A stretch of DNA of 62,868 nucleotides, counting the filler, from Rhabdomonas costata (taxonomy: Eukaryota): assembly GCA_019059605.1 (NCBI GenBank). It is 38 parts of 38 records of this genome, joined end to end, with 100 filler letters (N's around TTAATTAATTAA, not from the genome) between each part and the next. Parts side by side here need not be neighbours in the genome. Positions count along the whole stretch, not along the records: positions 1 to 1,558 come from JAHMHO010013089.1; positions 1,659 to 3,216 come from JAHMHO010013090.1; positions 3,317 to 4,879 come from JAHMHO010013091.1; positions 4,980 to 6,536 come from JAHMHO010013092.1; positions 6,637 to 8,193 come from JAHMHO010013093.1; positions 8,294 to 9,851 come from JAHMHO010013094.1; positions 9,952 to 11,509 come from JAHMHO010013095.1; positions 11,610 to 13,167 come from JAHMHO010013096.1; 30 more parts are not named here. One strand, written 5' to 3'. A model generated the notes under the pieces. That model made no database searches. It saw nothing but the letters and a program-made list of their open reading frames with translations, and was not told the DNA's origin. Position numbers and translations under genes: made by a program. Below are positions 1-12,312 of the stretch, piece by piece. Positions within the stretch are counted from its first letter, which is position 1. Each line of letters starts with the position of its first letter.

Positions 1-979
1 GGTGGTGGGTATAGCTGGTTCTTGGTGATTTGCAGGCTGGACGGAAATGTATGCTGCGCCAACCACTGTGAGAGGTCGGGAGATTCTAATTGGTTGCAAA
101 GATCTCCGGCGGCTGCCCATAGCTGTTCTGTGGCAGGGGCGGTTTCACCCTGGTGCGTTTAACAGGGCCTCGGGCTCGCCAACGAGTACGCCGTCGTATA
201 AGTACCGCTTTGCTGTAAAGATGAGGTGTGAAAATAAATTCCTCAGGAAGCCGTGTGTGGTACGTTTTTAAAATGATAATTTTCATACGCTCCGGTGTTT
301 TTCTCGAGAAAAAGCTGAGCCATGACATATTCTTCGAATAAAAACTCAAACGGGTTGCTGAAAATCCTACCGTAAGGTTGTTAAGACTTCAAGCGGCAAA
401 TTAGCCTTAATTTTATTTAGATAAAAATTCAATTAATTTTAATTAAAATAATTGGATGTGCAATTCTTATGAGATTTGGTTTGCAGGTCAGTTGATCTTG
501 GATGTCCACCAATCTGCAATAAAAGGTAACCCCCTGAGTCTTTTCCCTTGACATGAGTCGCGGTGAGATCATTATACCAAACGTCACAGCCTTCGAGAGG
601 CCTTGAATCCACATCTTCCACGTCTTTAAAACGGGACCTCTCCTCGTTCTCCGTTCTCTCCCAGTCAACCTTAATCCTGGGAATGTCTAGTTGCATTTCA
701 AAACGGAGATTTTCTTTTTGCAGCCTTTCTGCAAAATATTTTGCTGCCCTGCTGTGTTAATATGAAAGTTTGAGAGAATGCAAGTGGAACTCGCTGTGCA
801 GCTTTGCGCACAACCTTCGGCTTCTGACTGCTGCTTAACTCGTTCTGGTGCTCAAGAGCTGCAGTTCGCCTGTCCGGGGGAACTAAGGAAAGCAGGTTTA
901 CCACAATCTTTTTCTTGTGTGTGGCATTTTCATGGCTCGAAGTGGGTTGGGAGGGCTGAGAAGATTCCGTTGATTCCAT
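1..979 (-). CDS. Hypothetical multi-exon protein, 5' part (head-to-head with the kinesin fragment)
   Basis: ATG at 979 (MESTESSQPSQ...) follows a pyrimidine tract. Coding-like segments AAKYFAERLQKE..MQLDIPRIKVDWER.., AKRYLYDGVLVGEPEALLNAP and WLAQHTFPSSLQITKNQLY are bounded by plausible AG/GT sites. No family recognised. Confidence 0.4.
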
Positions 980-1161
980 GAAAAGAAAAGAAAAAGGGAA
1001 CATGTTGAAAAGACGCAAATAGGTTTTGGGAAATAAAGGGCTTTGTCTGTTACCCCCACCCTAGTGAAGGTTCATACTGTTGTCTGCTTTCCGATTTGGG
1101 TGAGGGATTGCAGCAGAATTTGGCAACAGTTCTGGCACACAGACATGTGTGAGTGAGTGAA

Positions 1162-1402
1162 GGTGTGAATTTGGCGGACACTAGCGTGTCTGTCAAATCT
1201 GAATCCAAGTTCGGCGGGGTGAGGGCTCTGTCGTTCATTTGTGGCATAGGGTTCCCTGTCTCTGAAGGCCAATTCGCATTCGAGCACATCTTTGAGAACG
1301 ATGTTTCCGCCAAGCAAATCTATGATAGCATGGTGCAGGAGATGACGCAGCGTTTCTTTACGGAGCGGCAAAGCAACGTGGTGTTCACCTATGGGCAACG
1401 GG
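1162..1402 (+). CDS. Kinesin motor domain, N-terminal fragment
   Basis: GQFAFEHIFENDVSAKQIYDSMVQEMTQRFFTERQSNVVFTYGQ matches the kinesin FxFDxVF...QxxVY...NxTVFAYGQ pattern just before the P-loop. The P-loop appears to be interrupted by an intron. Confidence 0.75.
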
Positions 1403-1558
1403 GTACTCCCAAGAGACAGTTGCTTTTCGGAGGCAGCTGCGGAATTTCGGAAACAATATCCGGTATGCCTGTGTTTGGACTGTTGCTTTTGCAGCATTCC
1501 GGCATTTTGCCGCTGACTGCCATTTCAACACTTTTTGCGTCTTTTATTCAAAAACCCC

Positions 1559-1658
1559 NNNNNNNNNNNNNNNNNNNNNNNNNNNNNNNNNNNNNNNNNN
1601 NNTTAATTAATTAANNNNNNNNNNNNNNNNNNNNNNNNNNNNNNNNNNNNNNNNNNNN
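1559..1658. other. Artificial contig linker N44-TTAATTAATTAA-N44 (first of 37; repeats about every 1657 nt up to 61213-61312)
   Basis: Identical 100-nt spacer with stops in all six frames. Intervening contigs are all about 1550-1563 nt and have unrelated content. Confidence 0.99.
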
Positions 1659-2296
1659 CATGCTCGGGGTGTCCGTCTCGTGGTTCAGGGGGTCGGCACA
1701 GGGGCTGCAGTGAAACAATGGGAAGGGGTGGTGGAGTGATGGGGGCGTGAGAAATGGATGAGGTGAGATGCAAAAGAGAGGTGGGAAGGAAAGTGGAGAG
1801 TGCAAGACTGGGAGAGGGGATGTTGAAGACCAACTCAGACTAGACACTTGCTTGCTGTGCCAGAAACGAGCGAAGAGAGCTCCTGCGCGATCAAGCGTCA
1901 AGCCGAAAAGCAAAAAGAAGCGCAAAGGAGTCGCTCCTTTATGCTTCTTATAGTAGACCTGCTGAACGACTCGTTCGCATGTTACAGTAACTCACCGCTC
2001 ACAGTTGCAGTTAAGGACCATGTACACACCACGCAGCGCCCAAAGGGTAATCGAGTTCCACGTATGCACTCAAAGTGCAAGGGCTTCAGCTGACCCATCA
2101 GGAAAACTGATTTGGTGCCCTTGGGATGGTTACCAGAGGGTCAACAGGTCCCAACCTGAACATGTGCACAGGCGGGTGAATGTAGCCCTTGGAGATCAGC
2201 AGGTTGGAGATCAAGGCCTGAATCTGCGAATAACAGGGAGGAGGGGGAGAGGGGCTTCGTTCCCTGTAATGCACAAAAACATCTGACGGAGGCACT

Positions 2297-2460
2297 GTGC
2301 AGACCTTGGTCCGGATGTACAGGACGTCCTTCAGCTGCTTGGACTTCATGTGCTGCACGGCATCCTTGTACGCGGCAAGCACCTCAGGGTCGTTGAAGTC
2401 GAGCGGCTTGATGTCGTTGATGGAAAGAATTTCCCCGACCGCAGCCCCGGAAACCATCGG
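2297..2460 (-). CDS. Hypothetical protein exon
   Basis: GC3-rich coding-like segment VSGAAVGEILSINDIKPLDFNDPEVLAAYKDAVQHMKSKQLKDVLYIRTK. No family recognised. Confidence 0.4.
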
Positions 2461-3355
2461 CGACCTGAGACACCACATCATACCACATCGATGGGGAATT
2501 CTTTTTCTCTTGAGAAGGGCTCCTGTGTCTCATTCTCCCTCTTGCACCCAATATATTATTAACCCAGGACAAAAACCGACAAATATGAAAAGAGGTGAGA
2601 TGCGCCCGATGCAGCCAAGGGGATGGGGGTCTCTCGCGCTTCACCGACCGAAGCCAGCGGGAGCACCACGCACCTGGTTGCCACCGAGTCCAAGCAGGGC
2701 TTCTTGCTGGGCGGAGCGGCCATTGTGCGGAGACAGAGAAACAGAAACCCGCTTCTGGATTGACCCACAACCCAGAAAAAGGTTGCCAAAGAAATCCTTA
2801 CAGGCCGAAGCGCGGTCCCAGAGCACATCGACGGCCCACACTGCTTCAGAGAGAGCAACGGATCCCAAAGGGAGAAATCCAACCCATGACTCTGAATATA
2901 CCGTCATATCAGCCCAGACCACAACCTTTTATCATCACCATTCAACATCTGGCCACACACGGGTTTTCACTACAACACAATCACAGGGAAATGAAATACT
3001 TTTCCGGAACACCAACTTGGACAGACACTGTTTCAGGATAATGTCGCTACACTTGAGGCACAAGCATGAAAAACTCAGAGCGACTTGAAGGGAGATGCTG
3101 AGCCGTATTAACACTGCGAGCAAGCCCAAAGGAGAACCAAGGAGGGGGAGTGTGGACGGGCAGATTTCTTACTCTTAAAGCAGCTCTCCTGCAAACAGCG
3201 AAACCCCAACCACACANNNNNNNNNNNNNNNNNNNNNNNNNNNNNNNNNNNNNNNNNNNNTTAATTAATTAANNNNNNNNNNNNNNNNNNNNNNNNNNNN
3301 NNNNNNNNNNNNNNNNGTTGGGGTTAGGGTTAACGGAACCCCCCGGAGACATCCA

Positions 3356-3408
3356 CTAACCCTAACCCTAACCCTAACCCTAACCCTAACCCTAACCCTA
3401 ACCCTAAC
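3356..3408 (+). repeat. Telomere-type repeat (CCCTAA)~9, internal to the contig
   Basis: Perfect CTAACC x8 + CTAAC. Extra TTAGGG units at 3323-3331 and 3474-3482. Confidence 0.95.
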
Positions 3409-4417
3409 ATCACCCACAGTGGAATGTTTGCGGAGATGCGGGCAAGAGGTTTGGTATGATAGCAGCGGAGATGGTTAGGGTTCAGGTGCGCTACGGTGCG
3501 CTACGTCCGATGTGCCGAACGTTTCAGAAGCGCTAAAAAGTTGCAAACTGCAGTTGAAGGTAAAACTTGGTGGAACCACTCTACAGATACCACAATCGCA
3601 CAGGGCGAAGAAAAACAAAACAATATGGAACAAACCAGAACTGCAGCAGCAGCGGAAAGATGGTTGCTCCTTCGTCATCCCCTCATACACGGGAACATCA
3701 ACCCAGCTCCGCTGGAATCAATTAAAATGACCCGTCACCAAAAATCAAGCTGGAATTCAGTTCAACCTTTCGGGGAACTCAGACATCGAGTCGAGAATCT
3801 CACCCATTCCCTTCAAACAAGTGCCTTCTGGAAACAAACTCAACCCTCGCAGCCCCCTGCCCACCAAAAATGTTGCACTGGACACTTTTTTTTGGGGGGG
3901 CCTTTTTCTCAAAAAAAAAAAAAAAGGAGATGCTTTAGGATTTAATAGAATGTTTCTGCGGGGGGGGGATCTTCCCTGTGCTGCTAAAAGGTGGTGACCA
4001 TAGAAAATTGTCAACCGACCTCGTTGGTATACCTAAGCAACTGAAGTGCGCCCTTATTTTAATTCGAGTCTCTTTTCAAAGCCACGTTTTTACATTTTCG
4101 TCTGAAATTGGGATTGCAGGAGTGGAGAACTGATGTTGGGTGTATTGGTTTGGTAACAATCTAACTTTTTGAGTTCGCTAAATAAAAGTGTCCCCCGCGA
4201 TACTACAACACCACAGTATACACTTCGGCCTTACAAGGGATACACTGACTGGCCCACCGGACAACGCGACTGTCACGGGATAATGATCATCCACACAAGT
4301 CCGAGACGAAAAAGAAAGAACAACATTCAAGTTCGGCTGGCGACAAAGCAACGGGGGAGGTGGTGTGAGGGAAGAACAAAAAGACCATGGCCTCCCAAAT
4401 GACATAATTTCCGGTGC

Positions 4418-4810
4418 TTACATGCATACGAGACGGGACGAGGCATTCCAAAGCACAGCCTCCAGACAAAATAACAACCCGAGTGTGCGGTCCGGCAGTC
4501 TCAACGAACGGGGCGGCATCATCCATGTCCTGAGCGTGCCGTCGAAGCTGCAAATGGCGGCGATCTCTCCACTCACCGCACAGCCCGTCACCTCAGCGGT
4601 GTGGCCTCGCAAAGTGAGGAGCTCCGTGCCCCGCCTCAAGTCCCACAGCCTTACTGTGGAGTCATCACTCGCGGTGAGCACCCGCCGCTGCAATGGGTCC
4701 GCGAACACCGCCTGCCTCACCACACAGCAGTGCCCAAGAAGGGTCAACTCGCACTGCCCCGAGCGGAGGTCCCAAAGCGCTGAGGTGCCGTCTGTGGACC
4801 CCAGAAGAAC
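4418..4810 (-). CDS. WD40-repeat protein, terminal exon
   Basis: CAG acceptor at 4811-4813, then GSTDGTSALWD..LLGH..LTASDDSTVRLWD..LRGH..CSFDGTLRTW (three WD repeats), ending at TAA. Confidence 0.92.
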   Translation of the reverse strand, partial: VLLGSTDGTSALWDLRSGQCELTLLGHCCVVRQAVFADPLQRRVLTASDDSTVRLWDLRRGTELLTLRGHTAEVTGCAVSGEIAAICSFDGTLRTWMMPPRSLRLPDRTLGLLFCLEAVLWNASSRLVCM

Positions 4811-5069
4811 CTGGGAGAAGTGTATTGGGGATGGGGTATCAAACGTTTAGCAGTGCAAAACGTTTGATACCCCCACCCCNNNNNNNNNNNNNNNNNNNNN
4901 NNNNNNNNNNNNNNNNNNNNNNNTTAATTAATTAANNNNNNNNNNNNNNNNNNNNNNNNNNNNNNNNNNNNNNNNNNNNTTGTTTTTGGGAACTGGTCCA
5001 GTATGATATGATGTGGCTCCCATTCACCCTGACAAAGCCAGCAATCCCAAAAATCCCCAAGCAGGAGCA

Positions 5070-6200
5070 ACATATGCACCTATAGATACTCGGCATTAGA
5101 ATATGGTATCATCGTTTCTGGGTTTTGGGTTTCCTGATTTTGACAATTTGCAACATCTGCCTCCTCGTCAAAGTAAAGGGAACCATTCCTTTAGTGCCTG
5201 GAAAGCTTTCTGTTTCGTTTGCATAAATTCACAAGTCGTCGGAATCCATTTTCTTTTTGGGTTATGCCACCCAAAAAACCAAGACCTTCATCCGCTGTTC
5301 TCTGGAGGTTCGCTGACCAAGGCCTCCAAGAATATTCCAGAATGTACGTGTTCCAGCAACAAAGGTGTATTAAGGGTGCGTGCGGCTCATAGCTTCGGAA
5401 GCAATTCCTGCATCATTACTGGAAGCAGCATATTAAACGAGCCCGGAATATTTTTGGACTTATTCGGAATAAGCTGTGTACTTCCGCCAGAACCTGTCCA
5501 ACATGAAATATACTATATGCCAAAGAGCTCGCTTTGTTTCGGCAATAATGTTGTGCTTTAGATTTAAAAAGACCATTCTTCGCAACACACGAAAATGAGA
5601 AGGTGCCATTCTTCAGTAATGCCACATTTTGTTGAATCTTTGTGAAACTGGATCGAGATTTCACCAGATTTCCGTTGAGCGCGAAACGATTTGTATTCTG
5701 AGTAGCTGCGGGAGCGGGAAGAGCCACCATGAGCTATGAGCAAAGTCTAGATTTTCAAGACGCACACACGCATTGGGACCCGCATGCCGAGGCGATGCGC
5801 ACATAACCTGAGCCACCGCCATAAATTAACCGTTGAGCTTGAGGGGTGGGGCTGCTCACAAAGAAAGGAACTGTAGATTGGGGATCCCTGTGATGGGCCA
5901 ACGCTGAAGGTCTGGTTTCCAGCCAACAGGACGGGCTGCAACACAAAGCCGACCTGTTCCTTGAGCATGAGTTCTCGCAGGGCAATGAGGCGGTCCCACC
6001 CATGCATCGTGTTGTTGCGTACGTAAGACTCCACGACCTCACGGGAACTGTCCAGGGGCCGCGGCGGGAGCCTGTCGCAGTGGGGGTGGCCCGCGCTCTG
6101 AGTGACCCAGATGATGGGGTGCCGCCGGAACAGGGCTCGGAAGATTGCAAAGTCGTCTAACACAACGCTGATCTTGGAGATGTTCCTTGAGGTTACCCCT
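5070..6200 (-). CDS. Hypothetical multi-exon protein fragment
   Basis: Coding-like exon ISVVLDDFAIFRALFRRHPIIWVTQ..GWDRLIALRELMLKEQ, followed by short AG/GT-bounded segments such as TLLIAHGGSSRSRSYSEYKSFRAQRKS. No family recognised; boundaries approximate. Confidence 0.4.
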
Positions 6201-8349
6201 GTACAAGCAAATGGGGGTCCAAGGGATGGCAAGTTACTTTTGCGTGTGTGCGTGGCTGGTGCGTGAGTTGGGTGGTGACGGTATCAAAAAATTACGTGAG
6301 AGTATGCTTCGGTTTCGGAAGGGTAAGCGACGGAGAAGGGAAAACCTTAAAATATAGACCACCTTATACTATGGAATCTGGATTTCAAAATCCAGCATGT
6401 CAGAAAAAGAACAAAGTTATGATTGTTCCCAAAGCGAATACATCAAGGAATTCACCCGCTGGCAGAGACAAGAGCTCCTCTTGACAACAACGAGTCTCAG
6501 TGCTCAGAAACAAACAAACCCAACCACACCCAACACNNNNNNNNNNNNNNNNNNNNNNNNNNNNNNNNNNNNNNNNNNNNTTAATTAATTAANNNNNNNN
6601 NNNNNNNNNNNNNNNNNNNNNNNNNNNNNNNNNNNNGGGTTTGTGGTAATCTCTCTCAGTATAGCCTCACCGCTTGCCTTCCACTGCCTTCGATGTCTCC
6701 CCAAGATGGAATAGGAAACTGGGTGAGCGCGCATGGTCGGAGCTCTATAAAGCCGTGGTTTACTGCGCCTCTGTGGTTTCCTAGAAAAACCTAGTTCCAG
6801 CAGCACAGAGGTGGCCCGCATCGCGAGAAGCGGCCAGGAAGCGGGGAGAAGGTTTGAACGAGCGCTCTGATAGCAGAAAGATCGTGTGCAATCGCTGTCC
6901 CTTTTCCGGTTTATCAGAAGTGATCAAATGTTTACCATATGTCTTTTGTCGTCGCTGAACTCAGCGCTGCCTAATTATGAGGAAAGAGAAGCTCAGAACC
7001 GTGGAGGTAGCTTTATCCAATTTTCGTTGTGCAACCGGCACCTTTTGTTGAACATTTCGCTAGGTCTTTTGCTGGACGGTTTGCGGTGGAAGTGTACTAG
7101 GTCTACCGTATTAACAATTTTTTCTCCCGGATTTTCGCATGCTCTTTTATCAGAGCGTGGGGCGTACTTTGCTTTGCCTCTGCTTTGAGCTTTCTGCTCG
7201 CTGTGCTTCCCTTCGTTGTTTCTCCGCCAGCCCACTCGGAGCGAAGGGTTTCGCCGTCCCCCTCAAGGCTGTGTCTTGCCAATCCAGCAGAATCTCCAAG
7301 TTTTCAAGTCCAAGGCGTTTTTTGTGTGCGGGGAGGGGGTGGTAAACATCCCAACAAAGATGTTGAGCTCTGGGCAGGGGAGACGGACGGAGTCGAAGGG
7401 GAGAGGTGTGTGATGAAACAGCGAAGATGTATTTTCTTTTAGGTCTTCAGCAATTGCAAGGTTTTCACGGTCTCCGTTACATTACAGGCTGCCTGAAATT
7501 ACATTCCCAAGAGAGAATTACAGAATCTACAGTGGAGAATGGTGAGCCCGTTTTGGCGGGAACACAACTCGTGTGAAAGCCCATTTAAAGAAAAATAGGG
7601 ATAGGATAGGACAGGGAGATAGGGACCAGCGTGAAGGCACGCAATTTGCCGTTTTCCTGAATAAAGAGAGGAGCAGGAGGTACCCTTGTGGGATTGTAAG
7701 TTAGAGGAGCCATCAGGAAACCCAGACTCCAGGGACCGGTCACTCGCAGCTCTCGAGGCATATGGGTGAGGGGTGGTGTGTTGTTGTTATAGATTCGTGG
7801 GTGCCATCGTTACATCCTCCGCTGCGTGGGCCAAGAAGCGGCACAAAAGCGATAGCAAAGAAGAGTCACCACCGAGCTGGGGTTGAAAGGTCAGGAAATT
7901 CTGACCTCTAGGACCGGGCACTCGCAGCGTTTCGGGAGGCCTGCTGTATATACAAAGACTCCTACCCTGCGTCGGTTTAGCCTCACAAATCACGCACAGT
8001 TCTCTCGCCATATAAAGATGAAAATAAAATCAGCACACCTGCCTCCGCATAGCCCCAAAAACTATCCAGAGATGAAAACTCCATTCCAGTTCCGCAGTCA
8101 CGCCGGAAGGGTCTCCACCCCCCTCCTTCCTCTTCCTTTTTCCGCCCTTCTCACCTTCCCGCTCCTCAAAACCACCCAAACTCTCCCAACTCANNNNNNN
8201 NNNNNNNNNNNNNNNNNNNNNNNNNNNNNNNNNNNNNTTAATTAATTAANNNNNNNNNNNNNNNNNNNNNNNNNNNNNNNNNNNNNNNNNNNNGGTGGTG
8301 GTGGAGCAAAGAATTTCCATAGAGCTTCTTGGAAATTCTTTGCTCCACC

Positions 8350-9215
8350 ATGTACTCGTCAAACTATTTCAAGATAGTTCTTGTACAAGTGCAACTCCTC
8401 CGCTTTCATCATTCAGTTGCGATTCGATACTTTCACTCCGCGCCAAATTTACTACTGATCCTCCGTCGCTCAAACTCTACAAAACCCGCCTGTTTTTTTG
8501 ATTTTTATGCTGCTTTCTCTTCACGCTGCTTTTATTCATCTTACGAACCTGCAGTATTCTGAAAACTCCGCTCCTTCCTTTTGGCTGTCATTACCTTTGC
8601 CTCGTGGCTTCTATTGCTCTCGTATTTTTTTTTTCAAACTCAGCCTTTTGACTGCTGCTACTGCTGGCTCTTTTGCTTCTATTTTGCTCCCTCACTTTTG
8701 TCCCTGCTTCTCGCTGTATCTCTTTAGCTCCGCTTCGGACTCCTCTGTCCAAAAATTATCTCTCCTAATATACAATACACTCTCGATCTATGATTCTAGA
8801 TTTTTTGTCCCTTTTGGCTCTAGCGTTGTTGTTATTCTTCAGCTTTTCTTCCAGCTCTGCTTCTTGTAGTCGGCTTGCCCTCACGCACAGGGGTCTCACT
8901 GCGCTTTTACAATGCCTTCTCTTCAACTCTTCTCCTCAACTGGCGCTTCTGGCTGCGGCATTTCTGCCTCAACAAGACTCCTGCTGCATTTTGTCGCCAA
9001 TTTTATTTCGTCCCGTGGCTGCTTTCCACGGCATTCTGGATCAGTTTCTCCAAACCTGTGCGGCCAACTCGTCGTGTGCTCATCTATGCGGACTTGTTCT
9101 CCTTAACTGCGTCCTCCGGAACGGCTCTTATCAGCACCGTTCTCCTGCACCTTCTCCTTCCTGTTTTCATCCGCCTTTGCTTACAGCACTCTTCTCAAAG
9201 ATTCAGCTCGTGAGT
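8350..9215 (-). pseudogene. Degenerate coiled-coil-like coding sequence (pseudogene or low-quality read)
   Basis: Strongly purine-biased minus strand reading E/K/R/Q-rich peptides (SRLQEAELEEKLK.., AKEIQREAG..) broken by stops and frame changes. Confidence 0.35.
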
Positions 9216-10266
9216 TGTTGATGTCACATGCTATCTTGTACTTCAATGCCATGCTCGTAACATTAGAAGAGTAAAGGAAGAAGAGGAATGCACTAACATA
9301 TGAAATGCTGAGTGAGTGGTTGCTTGTTGTCGCGTTATACCTACTGTTTAAAGCTGGCTCCCTCTGTGGCGGTTCTAGGCCACCTAGTAGCTGGTGGGAT
9401 GGGTGGTATGATGGTGGCACGTCGTATACAGGAGGGAGCGCAGCGACCGACATCAAGGCATTATTCTCTTGGTGAGCTAGCGACCCGTGCAGCGGGGAGC
9501 GAAGCGAACCATCACATCTAGGGAGTATGCGAAGGCACTGAGCATACGACCAGCACATCTTCTTTTCTTCTTTCACCCTTTTACTCTCAGTCCCCCTGTA
9601 GCCTCAGCCCTCCTTGGCATCGAGGTACGAGATGGCATGGATGGATGAGAGGTGAACGAGTGGACCGCATAGCGGGGAACGAGTGAACCATCATTCATAG
9701 GGAGTGAGAGACCGTAGGGATCTCACGACCAGCAAAGAACACAAAATACCCCTAGCCCCTAAAATGCCCCCTGGGTCACGAAGCATGGGTGCGTCAGCGA
9801 GCCATGCGTAGTAGAGGGCATCAGCGATAGAGGCAAGAAAGACACCCAAAANNNNNNNNNNNNNNNNNNNNNNNNNNNNNNNNNNNNNNNNNNNNTTAAT
9901 TAATTAANNNNNNNNNNNNNNNNNNNNNNNNNNNNNNNNNNNNNNNNNNNNGGTTGTGGGTTGGACTTTGAAACTCCCTCCAACGCGTCACTCACCCCGG
10001 GTATTCTCCACTTCCAAAAGTAAGTATTCGAGTTCTCCCGGGAGAGGCTAGTTGTAGCGGTTGACAATCCCACACGGCTTGCACTCCAGCCTCAGCCGTC
10101 CCCCATCATCTGTTGCTGGCGACTATCCGCGTCCTCACGTCCGCTCGTAAGCTAAAATGATGGCTTTATCTAAACCAACTGCCACACACACAACTGCTAA
10201 CCAGCGGCAGCGTAGGGGATGGGCGTTTACTGAAGAAGAACTGAAGCGCTCAGCACTGGTGTAACG

Positions 10267-10289
10267 GTGTGTGTGTGTGTGTGTGTGTG
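10267..10289 (+). repeat. (GT)n microsatellite
   Basis: Directly visible. Similar (CA/GT)n tracts at about 16203, 23408 and 27563. Confidence 0.9.
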
Positions 10290-10452
10290 CGGGCGCGCGC
10301 ACTAGATTTTGGTTCTCACCTATTTTGTAGGGTGAGAAAGCGCTTAAGACCCACCCGCAGGTTGGCTTTTTTCCTGCGTCCGTCTGGAACAGCCGCTCTC
10401 ACCGCCTGCTACCCGTTCTTACCATCTGCAGATCGCCCGGTTTACTTGTTTG

Positions 10453-10708
10453 ATGAGAGGAGTAGAGCATATGTGTGCCGAGGCTTGCCACGTGTTGCGC
10501 ATCCCGATTGAGCTGTGGGGGGTTTGTCTGGACAGCCTCCATCCACAAGAAGTGGCCAGGATTTTAATGTTGGGCGGGTCCTCCTGGCTGGATGTCATAG
10601 CAGCGGATTGTCTGCGACGCCAGGTTCGTCGTTGTGCAGAACTGCAACGACACCCTCCTTCAGTCACAATGCACACAGAGCTTCTCGAGACGCTTAAAGG
10701 AGAGGCAG
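10453..10708 (+). CDS. F-box-like protein, first exon
   Basis: N-terminal VLRIPIELWGVCLDSLHPQEVARILMLGGSSWLDVI resembles the F-box pattern LxxLPxEL...L...D..L.....W. Possible GC donor at 10709. Confidence 0.45.
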
Positions 10709-11699
10709 GCATGTCTTTCCGCCCTCCTCGCATTTTGGATGTGATATGCAATTAGCATATGGAAATCAATATGCTACGTCACCTTAATGTGGACTTTGAT
10801 TTGTTCTTTGCTCATCTGTCACACGCTGTATATGCGTGCGCGCAGGGGTGACCAAAAGAAAAGCGCTTTAGTGCCGCGTCCGAACGGTTGGCGGCCTGAA
10901 TATTCGCAACAAAAGGACTGACGCGGTAGGCATACCAATTCGGATACTGAAAGGCCCCAGCTCAACAAACTCTGCCGCGCGTATGCATGCAATCCGAGGA
11001 CACACACGCCGCCAGGTGCGAGGCCGTAGAATTCGCTGGATGTTTATATACCTCCGTAGCCAACGCCGCGAAAGGGATGCCAAGCCAAACCAAGCATGGG
11101 TGAGTGGGTGATCGGAGATTGCCCAATCGGCTCCCAGCATAACCTCGGCATGACGGACGCCAGACAGGGGAGAGGAATGGTAATTAGAGCCCACCAAGGA
11201 GGAGGGGATCAGAGGCAGAGGCTCGAGCCGAGGGGAGAGATGGGAATGGCTGGAACGGACCGAGGAGAGAGAGATGTAGAACCCTGTTGGGCAGTCCATG
11301 GGGAAGAGAACTGCGAGTATTCCCCAGTTGCCCAGAATGTCTGTGCAGCATTTGGGACCGCACCCCGAAAAGCAGCCTGGAAGCGGGAGAATATCCAATA
11401 ACTCGCTGGAGGCAGAAAAAGTCGTCACCGCAACCACTGTATGCCTTTTGTTCGCGGTACTAGTGTCTGCACGTCGGTGTGATTTGCCGCTTGTTTCCTT
11501 GGGGACGACNNNNNNNNNNNNNNNNNNNNNNNNNNNNNNNNNNNNNNNNNNNNTTAATTAATTAANNNNNNNNNNNNNNNNNNNNNNNNNNNNNNNNNNN
11601 NNNNNNNNNTGTGGTGGGGCACAAGGGCACCTCCACAGAATCATAACCAATGAAGCCGATGACACACACGGGGGATATGCTTGCCTGCTTGTCTGAAAC

Positions 11700-12312
11700 C
11701 GGCTCAGACTGCTGCTGGGACCTCATCAGCCCAATTTTGACCAGCAGGGCCCCAGGGTCCACACTGGAGCTACCGATCAGCGCGAACCTCCGCCGCCGAG
11801 AAAGGAACAGCCCCGCAGGAGTGAGCTCCCCGCTCAGCTCTGCCTTCGGGGCCTTCGCGGAGGTGTACACCGACTCCAGAAGCATGTCCACGAACTCCCT
11901 AAAGTGCATAGTAGTCCAAGGAGGACGACTGCGTAGCGCTCTTTTCTGAACACTAGCGTTTGGCTGTTGCTCCGTCAAATGTGTCTCAAGAAATACCCCC
12001 CCCCCCATACGACTGCAAACGTCAATCAATCTCATATAACACTTTCAACGGTCGGTTCACTGCCAGCCCAGTCATCAACAGGGAGAAGGGAGTACCGAAG
12101 TTGTTCTCCCAAAAGCAGTTCCCCTTCTGTCTGAACGTCAAGCCGAAGCCGAGCAGCGGGAGGCCAGTTGGGGTCGAGCTCGGAGTACTGGGGCGCATCC
12201 ATGAGCGTCCCCTCCCGAAACGCTGGCCACGTGGCAGTGAGTCTGACTCCAACGACGGGGTCCATCAGGAGCCCAGAGTGCAAAACTGCTGATCCAGGCT
12301 CTTCCGCGGATC
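11700..12312 (-). CDS. RAB3GAP1: Rab3 GTPase-activating protein catalytic subunit-like fragment
   Basis: DPVVGVRLTATWPAFREGTLMDAPQYSELDP...LLLGE resembles the RAB3GAP1 block as I recall it (DPIxELHLxxTWP...EG.I.D...YSDLDP...LLG). Clear exon at 12043-12312; downstream exon boundaries uncertain. Confidence 0.72.

Noticed and set aside
2297-3088. 263-aa plus-strand ORF
   Set aside because: Partly antisense to a better coding segment; the rest has no protein-like motif.
8350-9215. Stop-codon reassignment (alternative genetic code)
   Set aside because: All three stop types and frameshifts occur. Other genes end normally at TAA (WD40) and TAG (MgtE), and their long exons have no in-frame stops.
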